In this document: positions 1 to 12,282 of the stretch, one piece after another
Layout of the letters: each line of letters opens with the position of its first letter
How positions within the stretch are numbered: position 1 is the stretch's first letter
DNA from: Laetmonice hystrix
Taxonomy: Eukaryota
Direction: 5' to 3'
Length of the DNA stretch: 64,000 nt
NCBI GenBank assembly: GCA_965235115.1
Contig: OZ249451.1
Coordinates: 20,336,001 to 20,400,000, forward strand
Position numbers and translations under genes: made by a program
Notes under the pieces: model-generated
Databases searched by the model: none
The model's input: the letters and a program-made list of their open reading frames with translations, nothing else
What the model was told of the DNA's origin: nothing

Positions 1-1482
1 GTGTGCTATTTATAGAAGGTGACGTCCCAGTTCCGGATGCTGGGTTCGTCTGCTATAGAGGACATTTCGGGGGCAAGGACAAATTTACATAAAACATCGA
101 AAAAGTCAAGAATTGTGTTTTGTAGGGTCATATATTCTAGTCTGTACGTTACACGATGGGCAGTAATGTTATAAGTACACCTTTACACATTGGGTAATGT
201 CGTGCCTTCTTAAAACTTGTACCAGTCTACACCTTAGGGATGACTTAGGGTTTCCAAGTGTGCATGTATAGGCCTCCATTAGTTCGGTGCCCATGTCCTT
301 TGTGGTGGGACTTGAGAAGCTCTGATAAACTTTTGGCAGTAGATAAAGCTTTAAAACGTTTGGAGTATTGGGGAAAGAATTGGAAAAGAGTTCTTTGAAT
401 TTTAGGGATTTTTAGATTTGTTTGTTTGTTTTCAATAAAGAAACCCGTCCATATTGGTTAAAGTTAAGTCGAGCAAGCATTTATGGTAAGAAAGTTATGT
501 TTCGAAGTTTGGAGTATCAATTCCTGTTTTATAACCTAAACCTTAATGATATATGAACTAAATCGGGTTTTATAAATACCTTGAAGCTTGACTCCGTTGG
601 AGATGTTCTTGGTTAGAGCAAAGGTATAATATGGGCAATGAACCCAGACTCCCAGGGCAAAGATATGTGTCATGCTATACGTCACTGTTGAACAACGACT
701 ATATGTACATGCAGTAATGAGGGGACATCAAACCCTAACCGTTTCAACACAATTTGTATAGTTTTTGTCCGTAAGAAAAGCTATCGGGCGAAACGGTCAC
801 AGCCACGGGCCGAGCGTTTTGTCACACCGTGAGAAAGTTTAGCGATCTGTTGGGCGAGACAGGTGTCTGTATACAAGGACGGATGGGGGGGGGGGGTGTG
901 GGCCCCTCTTTTGGCCAGAATAACCTATTTGCTGCGATTGACCTATTTCCGTTGCGTACCCGAATACTAATGTTAAAGTTCCATTACAACAACAACGATA
1001 TTTTGTCGTCTATAGTACGGATTCCTTTTCATGAGACGACGCCTTGTGAAAGCTGTCAAAAGTCGTCTGCTACTCTGAGTGCTTCCGTCACGACAGCAGA
1101 TCGGAAACTGAAAATGTACATTGCACAATTGTTCGAGACTCAACCCACTCGAGTCGTAGTTCGCCGCTGCTCAAGGTTAGGGGTCGAACTATATCAACAG
1201 AGGAGGACGATTTTCTGAATAAATTCCCTGGCTCCAATTTCTCCGTAAAAATAATCTGGCTCCATCTGTGGTTGAAAATAATATATAGATACTACATACA
1301 TATAATCGTATAATACATTTTTTTTTTTTTTTTTTTTTGGGGGGGGGGGGGGTCGGCTTTTGGGGGTTACCCTGATGAACGGGAAATCACAGCATGCATG
1401 GAGACAGATGGGCAGGCACGGCGGGCAGGGGGCTAGGGTCCCATAATTTTAACAGGTAGAGTCCGGCGAAAGAACGAAAAAC

Positions 1483-1514
1483 GAAAGAAAGAAAGAAAGA
1501 AAGAAAGAAAGAAA
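1483..1514. repeat. (GAAA)8 microsatellite
   Basis: Direct reading of the sequence. Confidence 0.9.
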
Positions 1515-1606
1515 TAACTGGGAAACGCCATCAAAAATGAAGGAAAACCAGATTCTGACTTTACGTCATGACATTACGTCATAACATAACCCCCCTTCAA
1601 AAAGCA

Positions 1607-1619
1607 GGATCCGCCCCTG
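1607..1619. mobile_element. Possible solo MITE terminal inverted repeat (GGATCCGCCCCTG)
   Basis: From recall, matches the terminus of widespread metazoan CAGGGGCGGATCC-type MITEs. It is preceded by a C-run. No partner TIR was found upstream. Confidence 0.3.
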
Positions 1620-4600
1620 CTGTGTGTGTATTTCAAGTTATTTTTGATTGATTCTCCTACTATACCTTTTCCAAAGGATAAATGTTTTATTTTAATAGGT
1701 GTTTTGTCAGGGTAAAGAAATTAAAAACGAATATTAGGCCTACCCAAAAACAGAGGGGGTGGGGGTTAATGCCAGCCCCTTTAGGCTTACATAATGTGTG
1801 TTTCTTAACTTGAGTGACCAGTAACCGCACATTACTTACTTCATGGAAACAAGTAGATCTACATGTATAACACTTGACTAAAACCCACCCTTAGTTTTGA
1901 TATAGGCACCTGAAAGTAGATTTTAAAAAGTTATAGATCCCTATGCCCAAGTGTGCATAGTAACTTCGTTTTGACTCGTATGAATGGATTTTGCCCACTG
2001 TGATTATGTTTCATTCACTAGCTTACAGAGGTTAAAAGTTTGGTGATTATACCGAGGCTGACACAGTTTAGTTTGATTCGCTGAGCGATGTACTTCCGGG
2101 AGACGAAGTTCTATCTCGTGTTCCGTGGTCCTTTGACAGGGGAGCGTGTCAAACACATGTCAGATGTGAAACAAATGACTTGGCATTGCTTTTATTTCTC
2201 CCCAATCGCAGTGAAAAGGTTTTTGTGAACAACCCCATTATCTGCCTCGCGGGGTCTTCTCTCGATAAATTCAATTTGCCACGGGTGCGGGTGTTCCGAT
2301 GCTGGGTCAAGGAGTTCATATTTTCGAGTTATGTCAGGAAATAGGCCGAAGGTCGAGAGGTCAGCGATATATCTTTCCCAGGGTCATACCCAGACTAGCG
2401 TTATTGCTATCAGCCCATTCTGCACCGACCGAACAGGGTGGCAATAAATTAGCCAACAACTTCGTTAAGTGAAATTGTTTGGCCTGCACCAGTTCTCGGC
2501 GCAACGTCAATACGGTCGGACGGTCGGTAGCGTTCCTCGGTGGTCTATCAGTATGCAGAGAAAGGCCATTTTTTGGAATGAACCCTAAATTTGGCTGAGG
2601 ATGTGAGGGGCGCCCTGACTGACTGACTTGTAGACCTACACACCACAGGAAACCACGCCCAAGACTTGGCGTATAGAGGATGAGGATGAGAAACGGAGAA
2701 CAAAAGCGCCTGCTCACCGTTGTAACCCGTTAACTCACGACTGTTAGCCACAACCGTCGTTCTATTTTACCTAATGCGCTGACGTAAGGCGGGCTTTTTT
2801 CGCCATAGTATGAGACGCTACTCTATCGCCATGTCAACAAACGGTGAGTTCTTCAACTTCCTATACTAGGCCTACATCTAGCCTATCACAACCCTTAGAC
2901 TACTCTGAGGCCAACAGTGTTTTTTGATGCTCTATTGACTGGTGCCTGGCCGCCGACATAACTTGAGGCAAGCCACAGCTCCCCCCCCCCCCTCCCTTAG
3001 CGACGCTGGGTCACTGTGGCAGTAGCACACGGCGTGCTGACCGAGATTTGCCCTCCATTATCGCCCACCGTACCACCCTATCGATCGTATGCTAATATGC
3101 TCGGCGCGCCCCAAGCGGCGATGGTGAGAGATAGCGGCGTTCGTTCCATGCCAGGGACATGTAATCTCGCGACAGTAATGGCTGATGGCCATTGTGATAT
3201 TAAAAACCCTTGAACCGACCAAGGCTCGGTTCGGCGGTCAGCGTTCGGTTCCTATTGCAGCGCCACTGATAATTTAGATCCCAACAATATTTCATTAAGA
3301 TATGGAAATTATTTCGGCAGATTTTCTTTACGTAGAGCTCTCTAAGGCCTACTTTCACCTCGAGAAATCTTTTGGTCGCCATAGGACCTTCAGTTCGTTA
3401 CTTTTGCGTTTTGGCCGTTAACTTAGTAGGCCTATAATAGTCCTATATTTACTAGCGTGTTGTTGATGTTTTTGTCCTAGCCCAGGCCTAGGCCTACTTT
3501 CTTTCAAATTGTGCTATAGGATTTTGAAGGTATGACTCAGCCCGGACTCATTTAAGAAGATACTAACAGGAAAGAAATTGTATTAAAAGGGAACCTTAGA
3601 ATTAACGGTTAAAATTTACCTAATGTTTATTATGTATTTTACCTTGACAGTTTCCCAAAAGCTCCCAAATTTCCTTCGTTTTTTCTCTGCACATAGGCCT
3701 ATGTACAGACCTATGACTTTGTATGCGTTGATCTGTTTGAACCTCATATCTTACATAGCTGAATGTAAAGGTCTTGTAACGAAATCCCCACGTTTGACTA
3801 CGTGTGACTTTTGTGCATTTCATTTTAGCCGGTGACCTTTCTGGTATACTGTATTTGTTATTTTATTTTGGTCAGAACATAAGAAAAAACATAAGGAAAA
3901 GTAGGCCTAACAAATCTAAAGACTAAACGAGTCATTATACGAGTTTTCCTAATCTTTCAGCACAGATGTCTGAAACGATTGAATAACGTGTCACAAATAC
4001 TGTGCCCGTCAAACAATGTGGCGGCCGTATAAAAGGCGTAAAGTTAGGGCGTGTTCAGGGGCCGGGTGTCCCAGCCTACCGCCTCCCGCCAGCTGAGTGT
4101 GACCCGGGGACGGGACTGGTCAGATTCTGTCTGTCCCTACCGGTTGGTATAGGTCGGTAACTGGGGCCGGTTAGTGACCGGTCCGTCTGCTCGACCCGCC
4201 CCGGGCCTGCCCGCCTGCCCGCCCCGCGGCCTGCCTCCGTACTATAACTGGGTGTCTTTACCATACTTTCAATTGAAGCGCTCAGATTTCGCGGCCGGGT
4301 TGCGTGTCACTTCGCCCCCAGGGCCATGCATGGGCCGGGCGGCCGCCGGTAACGGTCCAGGCGGACACACAAAACCTGCCAGTCAGAGAGGCTGTACTCT
4401 AACATTCCTCAGCCACTGTTGACCAAGAGTTTGACAAAAGTATGCCCACGCAGTCGTACCTCTCTCGTCAACAGAGAAGTTATTTTCCCTTGATTTTTCA
4501 CAACAAAAATTTTCTGTTTTTTTTTCTCTTCATATTGGGCTGACAGGTCCTGTTGCCGCGTTCGTTGGTGCCGAGTGAATAGAGTTGTATCTCGAGCACA

Positions 4601-5629
4601 TGAGACGAATTTTTAATGAGCTAAACTTTCTCCACAGGTCTGTAGTCAACCTGAACACACTGAGAACGTGCTGCAAGGATGTATAGGGTTTACTTTGAAT
4701 GCAGTGTGCAGGCAGCGAGACTGATGTCATTTTAACTCAATAAAGCACGCTCGACATTCACAGGACTACGTATAGAAAACACAGAGACGTTCTTTGAAGT
4801 GTGATCCACTTCAAAGGGAAGTAACATGTACACAAAAACACTTACATTTGTTTTAATTGTGAAAATCTCAAACGCCTTCTAGAAGTGTTACTTTTCTATA
4901 CTTTTTCTGTTCTTTTTCCTATCTTTTCCATATACTCCCGCTCCTAAAATTTAAAGGATTTAAAAAAAAAGAAGAGGAAGAAGAGAAATAGAAATGGGTT
5001 TTAGAAATAGATATTCAGAAAGGCACTGGTTTGACCCTACTAGTATTATAACGGTCGATATTTTCAAACAGTCAAACTGACAGAAATTTCCTTATGTTTT
5101 AGGTGGTTTTAAACGAAAGGATATGGGTTTGCGTGCGGGCGAGGGTGGGCCCCCCGACCCATTTTTCAGTGTCGGCATGCTGGGACCCTCTTTTTAATTT
5201 TCTCTCCTTTGGTGGCAGACCGGGGTGCTGTGCGAGCGCCATTACCTCACTAGGGGGGGTCGCGTGCTAACCCTCAATCGAGCCCAGAGAATTTTTTTGT
5301 TTACAAAGCAGTGCAGTTGAGAGGGTGGTGTCGTTTGTACGGGCAGCTATGGGGGACCCGTCGCCCCCCCCCCCCCCCGCCACTCACATTCGCTACCCCT
5401 CGACAACCCTCGCTCAGCGCACCCTCAACGGGTGCCGTTTCGGGGTCAGAGCCCCCCTTAACCCCTAACCCTCCTCCCCCATCCATTTTGGTCCGTCCTT
5501 TGAGGAGAGACGGAAATATGTGGTGTAATAACTCGACAGCTGCGGTAACACACCGCGGCCTCGTGGTCGCGAACTTTTCATTCACTCTCAACGTTCTTTT
5601 TGTTTCTTTATATAAAAACATAACCGCAT

Positions 5630-6012
5630 GTTTCTCCTTTTCTCTCTGGTATCGACCTTTCGTTCTGNNNNNNNNNNNNNNNNNNNNNNNNNNNNNNNNN
5701 NNNNNNNNNNNNNNNNNNNNNNNNNNNNNNNNNNNNNNNNNNNNNNNNNNNNNNNNNNNNNNNNNNNNNNNNNNNNNNNNNNNNNNNNNNNNNNNNNNNN
5801 NNNNNNNNTCTCTCTCTATCTATCTCTATCTCTATCTCTCTCCCTCCCCTCTCTCTCTCCCTCTCCGCCTTCTCTCTCCCTCTCCGCCTTCTCTCTCGCT
5901 CTCGCTCTCTCGCTCTCTCTCTGTCTCTCTCCCTCTCTTTTCTCTCTGGTATCGACCTTTCATTCTGTCTCTCTCCCTTTGCTTTCTCTCTCTCCCTTTC
6001 TTTTCTCTCCGG
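5630..6012. repeat. CT-rich satellite directly 5' of miR-10, interrupted by assembly gaps
   Basis: (CT)n-like tract. A 27-nt motif tctctctggtatcgacctttcRttctg recurs at 5641-5667 and 5941-5967. Confidence 0.85.
5668..5808. other. Assembly gap (141 N)
   Basis: Run of N. Confidence 1.
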
Positions 6013-6165
6013 NNNNNNNNNNNNNNNNNNNNNNNNNNNNNNNNNNNNNNNNNNNNNNNNNNNNNNNNNNNNNNNNNNNNNNNNNNNNNNNNNNNNNNNN
6101 NNNNNNNNNNNNNNNNNNNNNNNNNNNNNNNNNNNNNNNNNNNNNNNNNNNNNNNNNNNNNNNNN
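6013..6165. other. Assembly gap (153 N)
   Basis: Run of N. Confidence 1.
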
Positions 6166-6217
6166 GGACCTGTAAGCCCCCGTGCATGGTGTTTTGTTTG
6201 TTGTACACACCCTTCGC

Positions 6218-6295
6218 CACTACGGTTACCCTGTAGATCCGAATTTGTGTGTCGATGTAAGCGACAAATTCGTATCTGCGGTGTATAGTGTAGTG
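6218..6295 (+). ncRNA. mir-10: miR-10 precursor hairpin; 5p arm 6227-6249 UACCCUGUAGAUCCGAAUUUGUG, 3p arm about 6265-6286 CAAAUUCGUAUCUGCGGUGUAU
   Basis: The 5p arm is identical to canonical miR-10a-5p. The arms pair (CGAATTTGT/ACAAATTCG perfect, then GU-containing pairs) and a basal stem cactac/gtagtg closes the hairpin. UGUG lies at the loop junction (6246-6249) and a CNNC motif (CTGC 6303-6306) about 17 nt after the 3p end. Its position 5' of Hox4 on the same strand is the known bilaterian location. Confidence 0.97.
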
Positions 6296-7371
6296 TGCGA
6301 CCCTGCAGCGTTTTCTCATCGTTTTCTGCCTGTTATTAACTGTTATTGGCCAAACTATATCACTAGCTGGATGATTTCTACATTAATGTTGGTTGTAATT
6401 CGTTTTGTAAAGGGGGTATGTATCTCTTTATATATTATAGGCCAACGTAGATGGGGTTTCTGTGGTTTTTCCAATGCTTCCCCCACCCTCTTCCCTGGCT
6501 ACGTGAGTGGGGCAACGATTGAATGCCATGGCATGATTGTGACATTTGGAAATATTTCTCGTTTGCCCTGTCGGTGTCTGGTACCCGATCTAACGGGGTT
6601 GGGGTGTTTTGTTTGACACAACAAGTGACAAAGTTATATTTTGTTTGGCATAGATCTAAAAAATGTTATTCATTGCATGACATTCACAATGCCTCCAACG
6701 TTCTGTTTACTTACTTTATCAAATATTCCCCGATGCATCTGTATTATTTCGGATTCGCGTTTGATTTATAGCGATCGTTTCTTTTTTCTCCCATGCGTCC
6801 TTTTTTTGTTATCGTTAGTGTCCGAAATATTGGACGCTTGCCTGTTGGACTACAGACTTCCGCTCCGGAGAGCCCCCCTGTGGTAAATATAGGTATAAAC
6901 CCCCAATATAGCTAGGCCATAGGGGTGACTGGGTGCTTTGTTTGACTAAACATTTGGATACTTCTTGGGAATCCATTGATGTTCATTCAGTAGAGAGGCC
7001 AATTCTCATTTTAATGAGGCTACGTGCCTATCGTTGCCAACGTACCATTAGCTTAATGATATTCTAAAGTTAGATATTGAACAGCCAGTCTCCCTGTGGG
7101 AGAAAACAGTGTCGACTGGGCGGAGGAGATCACCAGTTCACACGCTGCAGTCAGGGAAGCTTCGTAGTACAGATCAGCAGACATTTTCTTCCTCTCCTGG
7201 TCGATCTGTAAAGATAAGAAAGAGAAAGAAATGAAATTAGAACGAAAGTTTCAAATGTTCGTTCCTTCTACATGTATCGGTTTGTGAGACCGACCCGCAG
7301 CGCTCCAACCGTCGACCGCGCAAAGCACGCAGTTGTACCAGAAACACTCACCAGGTGGTCCACATGTCGAC

Positions 7372-7385
7372 ACGCCACCTGGTGT
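7372..7385 (-). promoter_or_regulatory. Candidate CTCF site (ACACCAGGTGGCGT)
   Basis: One mismatch to the CCASYAGRKGGCR core. It forms half of a 10-bp inverted repeat. Confidence 0.4.
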
Positions 7386-8543
7386 AAACTGAGCGAACTG
7401 CAATTTGTTGTCGGCACAGCGTAGCCACCGCTCGTACGCGGAGCGATGGGAGGGCAAGCGATTATAAAGGGACTTATTATAAAGGGTCAACGTTTGATAA
7501 CTTCACGGCTAACTCTACAAGCTCCCCTGCTTTGCTGTGCTGTTACATCTCATTTCATGGGATCGATCAAAGCGGGCAAATCCGGAAACCGAAACCCTGA
7601 GGCCGAAGTGGGCCAGCTGATTCGGAACATGTTTTTCATTCGTTCCCCTTCCCCCCTTCCTGCCCCAGAAACGAATACATCAATATCTCATCCCAGGGAT
7701 ACACACAGTGGGGGGCTGCCGACTCGCTGCCCGGTGCCGAAATGTTAGGGCATCTCATATCTATACAGGGTCTATCTTTAGCTGAGAGATGACCCAAGCA
7801 AATATGTCAGTTTCGTTCCCACCACAGGCCAAGTGATAAGACCCTCTACCTCCTCGGTTGCAGACATCGATCGTTTTTTAACGTCTGCTCCCAAACTTTA
7901 CCGCGATCAAAGTTTTAAGTAACTTCGACGCCATAGTTAAGATTAGATTAGACTTTGATAGTTTGAGGTAGAATGGAAAGTTTAGTTTGAGGGTCCCACT
8001 GGGTAGTCTCCCCCACCCCCGTCCCTGAGTGACGTCGGTCAGAGGGCGTCTTCTTCAAGTTATGAGAAAGAACGAGGTTTGCGAGTGATTTCAGCGTTCC
8101 AAAGTTTACAAACAGTCCACTATCTGTCTCATCTTAAAAGGTGGATGAGCCCCGTGTGTGACGTCGATAGATTGCATCAGTGATCTCCGAGATATTTTCT
8201 CAGAGATTTGTGGGAGCACCATGTCTCCCGATCGCTGAACTCCTCCTACGATCACTGAACTCCTCCTATCTGTGTTGTTTAATTCCTGCAGTCGTAACGT
8301 CGCGATCGGAGACTGGCTAACGTCAACCGCCGCGGCTCGCGATCTCAGCTGACCTACATGGTTCAAGATCAAAGCGGGTGGGGTTTGAGGGGGTGGGGGG
8401 TGGAGAAGCCGAGAGAGAGGGGCTTTTAAAGTGCTCCCAAACGTTCCGTCAAGAGATGGGGCAACACAGCCCTTCAATCGTCCACGGATCGATTGATCCA
8501 ACCCTTCACTCATCAATCAATGTATTCATTCAACCATAGACGT

Positions 8544-8579
8544 ATTCATTCATTCATTCATTCATCCATTCATTCATTC
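8544..8579. repeat. (ATTC)n microsatellite
   Basis: Direct reading of the sequence. Confidence 0.85.
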
Positions 8580-9002
8580 TCTGACGAAAGATGAAACCAT
8601 CACAATATTACAACCGAACAATATGCAATCAATCTGGACTTTTTCTGCTACTAGAAGAGCGTTATCTATGATGATGGCCCGTCTATGGTTATGAATTACG
8701 ATAAGGACTGCTGTAATGAGATCAGAGGCGTTGAATGAGTTTGAAATCAGTTGTTTGGACGGTCGTGTCCGAGTTGGCAGGTATTGTCATTACTGGCGGC
8801 GTCTTGTGTTAACTGATCACCAACATCTACTTCACTACAACTGGCGTCTGACAGCGGACTGTCATAATCCCAGAACTCCTCCTCATGCGCGTCTCAGAGA
8901 TAATGAGCAGGGAGATAAGAACCAAAGCGTCTTTTGTCCATCATTGTTTTTTTTAATTTTTTAATTATCGTGGTGTTTTGTTTGGTTTTGAGATGGAAAT
9001 AG

Positions 9003-9005
<3 letters not shown>

Positions 9006-9045
<40 letters not shown>
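9006..9045. repeat. (AG)20 microsatellite
   Basis: Direct reading of the sequence. Confidence 0.95.
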
Positions 9046-9048
<3 letters not shown>

Positions 9049-12000
9049 AGGACAGGAAATGAAGAGAGGAATATCCCGGACAGAGGCAGTGGAAGGTCAT
9101 CTATTTGGTATGGATTCTGGCCTGTTGGGGTTTTTGTATCCTTGATCTCAGGGATCATAATGGCCGCGGAGACCGAATTATCTGGCATAGAAATCAGCAC
9201 TAATCTCGATCGAGGTCGAATCTATATTCTATAAAGGCCGGATTTGCACAGTGGCGTTGCGTTTTAATGCTGGGGGCTTACCCTCGAACGCCAAGTCAAT
9301 GGGGATTTGGTTGGTATCGGAAGGGGGTCGGAGTGGGGCTCGGGTGGGGACTTAGGCAGGGGTGAGGGAGGGTGAGGGGGCGGGTATGGGGCACATGCTG
9401 CATACAGACAAATCCAGGGCCACCTGGGCTTTTCCCAGCGCGCATAGAGCAGGGGAGGAGGAGGTGTTTGGGGTGGGGTGGGGTGGGGTGGGGGTTAGGA
9501 AGGGGTCAAACAGGCCGACAGGGGTGAGAATGTGTAACCAAGACTGCAGCGTGTATTACTCAAAGTCAGGGAGCTTTAGCGAAGTCCGGATCGGAACTGA
9601 TAGGGCCCTTATCAAATAGTCCTGCTGCAGAGTTCTACTGATTACGTAGGGGGGAGGGGAGGTTCCCAGGGGGGGTCAAACGATTCCCATAGCAAACTGA
9701 CCAGCGGTGTGTGATCAGAATGGACAATGACCAACCCCCTTGACCACCGGTCAACTCACTTTGTGTACGCGTGACACCAGGCCCCTCGAGTATAGCTCCA
9801 GATTACCCCAGCACCAACCAGCCCCAGTTGGCCAGCTTAGTTACCATTGTCTAGGGTATAGGGGCAGGGGGCACATCCCCCAGGGACGAAATCCAAGTAA
9901 ACAGCCAGTATGCTGCGAGCCATTCGTATATAAAGCGAGCCTGAGATTTACGAATGGGCACGCACACAGCGTTGAGGGTTTCAGTTCATAATATGTGCAC
10001 TTTACTCCTCGCATACATCGAATTAACTTAACTTTCATAAAACTTTTTGATTTTCTGTTGGCTTAATACAAGTTTTTAGATCAACACTGAAGAAGTTAGA
10101 ATCAAACCTCGACTGTTTCTGGGACAGAATCGTTTGTTCAGACAACATTACTGGTTTCAAAATTACATTCGGTTGAACATGAACCCCACAAACATGACTT
10201 GTAGTTAGTACAAAATCCTTAAGTCAAACATGTTTAGCTCGCAGGACTGACACACCAATAAATATAAACACGGCCATATGTAAAACGACATGCATATGTT
10301 TGTGTAAAGTCAGATTTCGTCAACGCCAGTCGCCGCTGTCCGTTCCGAGTCTGTGTATTCTATTCTAACGTCACCGTCTCCTCACAGAGGGCGTGGCGAT
10401 CGCTCGCAGGCGAACGCGCGTGGCTGTCTCGGAAAAAAAATGGCCGTATAATTGTTGGCAGCCCCATAAACTCCGCCAAATGGTGATGTCTGAGCTTTAG
10501 TGCATGTCTGGGCGTCCCGTATTAGCCTTCCTACCCGCCAATTCCAAGTCGATCAAATTGAGTACCTAATCATACACCGTCGCCGATTTATGTCGTCTGC
10601 CCGGGCTGAGAGCGCGTGCCCTGGGCGTGCCGCTTTGGCGTGCCGCTTTGGCGTGCCGGTAACATCGAATGGCACGCCACGACCAGTCCCTGTCACTTCA
10701 AACGTGCTTTTATCCAGAAAAGGCGGAAATTGTTGAAACGACGGCTGCAGCCGCCTTGGCATTTAGGTATCAAGTTCGTTAGGTTAGCTCGAGTAATTGT
10801 TACACACGGGAAACGAACTTCCATTTAAGTTCAAAAATAGTTTAATGAACAAAAGACCAGCGTTAAGGTTTGAATTTCATTATTAAAACGTAGGTATTGT
10901 TTGACTGTCACTGAGGAGAAAGTTTGTTTAAAAACGAATAAACATTTCACTGCTCACTGTTTGTGCTTGAAAGGCTTGAAGATATGCAACATTTTTATTT
11001 GCTGGATCAGCGGAGAAGAAATGTAATTAATTCGACGGTGAAAACAAAACGGAAGACACGTGCTGTGTAGTTGTATTCTTCTCGATCAGTGTCGGTGAAC
11101 ACGTGGCCTGGCGGCAGTGTTCAGTGGATTGAACAAGAAACTTTGTGACCTTTTGTTGTTGAGGCATTGTTCGTTTCGCCTTTCTCCAGCCAGGGGGGTA
11201 GGTAGTTAGACCCCGGTCGTGTTAGAGGTTCTATCGTTTGTTTGGGCATGACAAGGGTCACGCAGAATCTATCGTCTTCCATCAAGGTCTTGTCGCTCGT
11301 TCAAGAACGAACTTTGACAGCAATTTCGCTGTGAAATTGAATTTAATGAAGCAGGGTGACGGGCTTTGTCTCTGTTTAAAGCATGAAGAAGGATGGAGTA
11401 GGCTGGCGAGTGGCTGAGAATGAAATGGCACAGGACAAGGTGGGGTGACCGAACGCATCGATCTTAGCAAGACTAGAAGACGAACATGGGTCGGGTCAGA
11501 GGGTTTGGACAAACACTGCACAGGACAAGGCAAACCATATGAAATCACGCATACCCCACGTGATCCGAACCGAACAGAGTACTACCACTAACAGGGAGAT
11601 ATTGTGTGCCATCAGCCAGCAGTGAATACACCCTCCTCCCCTCCCAACCAACCACACACTCCGTTCATACAACCCCGGGTTCATGGTCAAATGTTGCCCT
11701 GTAAACACATCGCATCAACTCGAGCGGAATACAGCCCTATTTACGAATACAAAGCATTTTTAGTCCAAGTCTTGTTTCATTTGTGAAGAACGGAAGCATA
11801 CAGTTGGCTGACGGTTGCCAAGCGATTGTTGCTGATGCTGGTGACGGTGCTGAAAGAGAGAGGGAGAGAGAGGGAGAGAGAGAGAGGGAAGGGGGAGAGA
11901 GAGAGAGAGATCAGTCGTACCCAAAACCGCCGCATGGTGGCACTGCATACTAAATTTCACCCATAATTCAATCTGACTGGATCTCATCTGCCGTCCGAGA

Positions 12001-12282
12001 CATATTTGATGGTGAAATTCATTCCGATCGACGTGACGAAAAATTAATTTACGCTGACCATTATCGGTCATTTCGTGGCAAAATTGCTTAGTAATTAGAG
12101 CACTCGTGGGCGAGAGATTATTGTCAAATTTACGCCCAGGTTTTCCAGCTCTGGTGATTACGTGTGAAAATTGAATTAATTGGCGAAAATTGATCCGCGA
12201 AGGTCATGGCATGATGATAAGAAATTCAACAGCGGCGCGAAATTTTGGACGGGCAAACTTGATTTGTAGTAATTCGATTAGG

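Noticed and set aside
829-1218. 129-aa ORF
   Set aside because: It starts at GTG, crosses a poly-G run and has no recognisable motif.
2304-2370. Perfect DR3 (GGGTCA agg AGTTCA) and a one-mismatch DR2 nearby
   Set aside because: The surrounding sequence (ttcatattttcgagttatg...aaggtcgagaggtca) resembles, from recall, AGGTCA-rich dispersed repeats of marine invertebrates, so the sites are probably repeat-derived.
5301-6319. Long ORFs around miR-10
   Set aside because: They run through N-gaps and CT/AG microsatellite, producing low-complexity translations with no domain.
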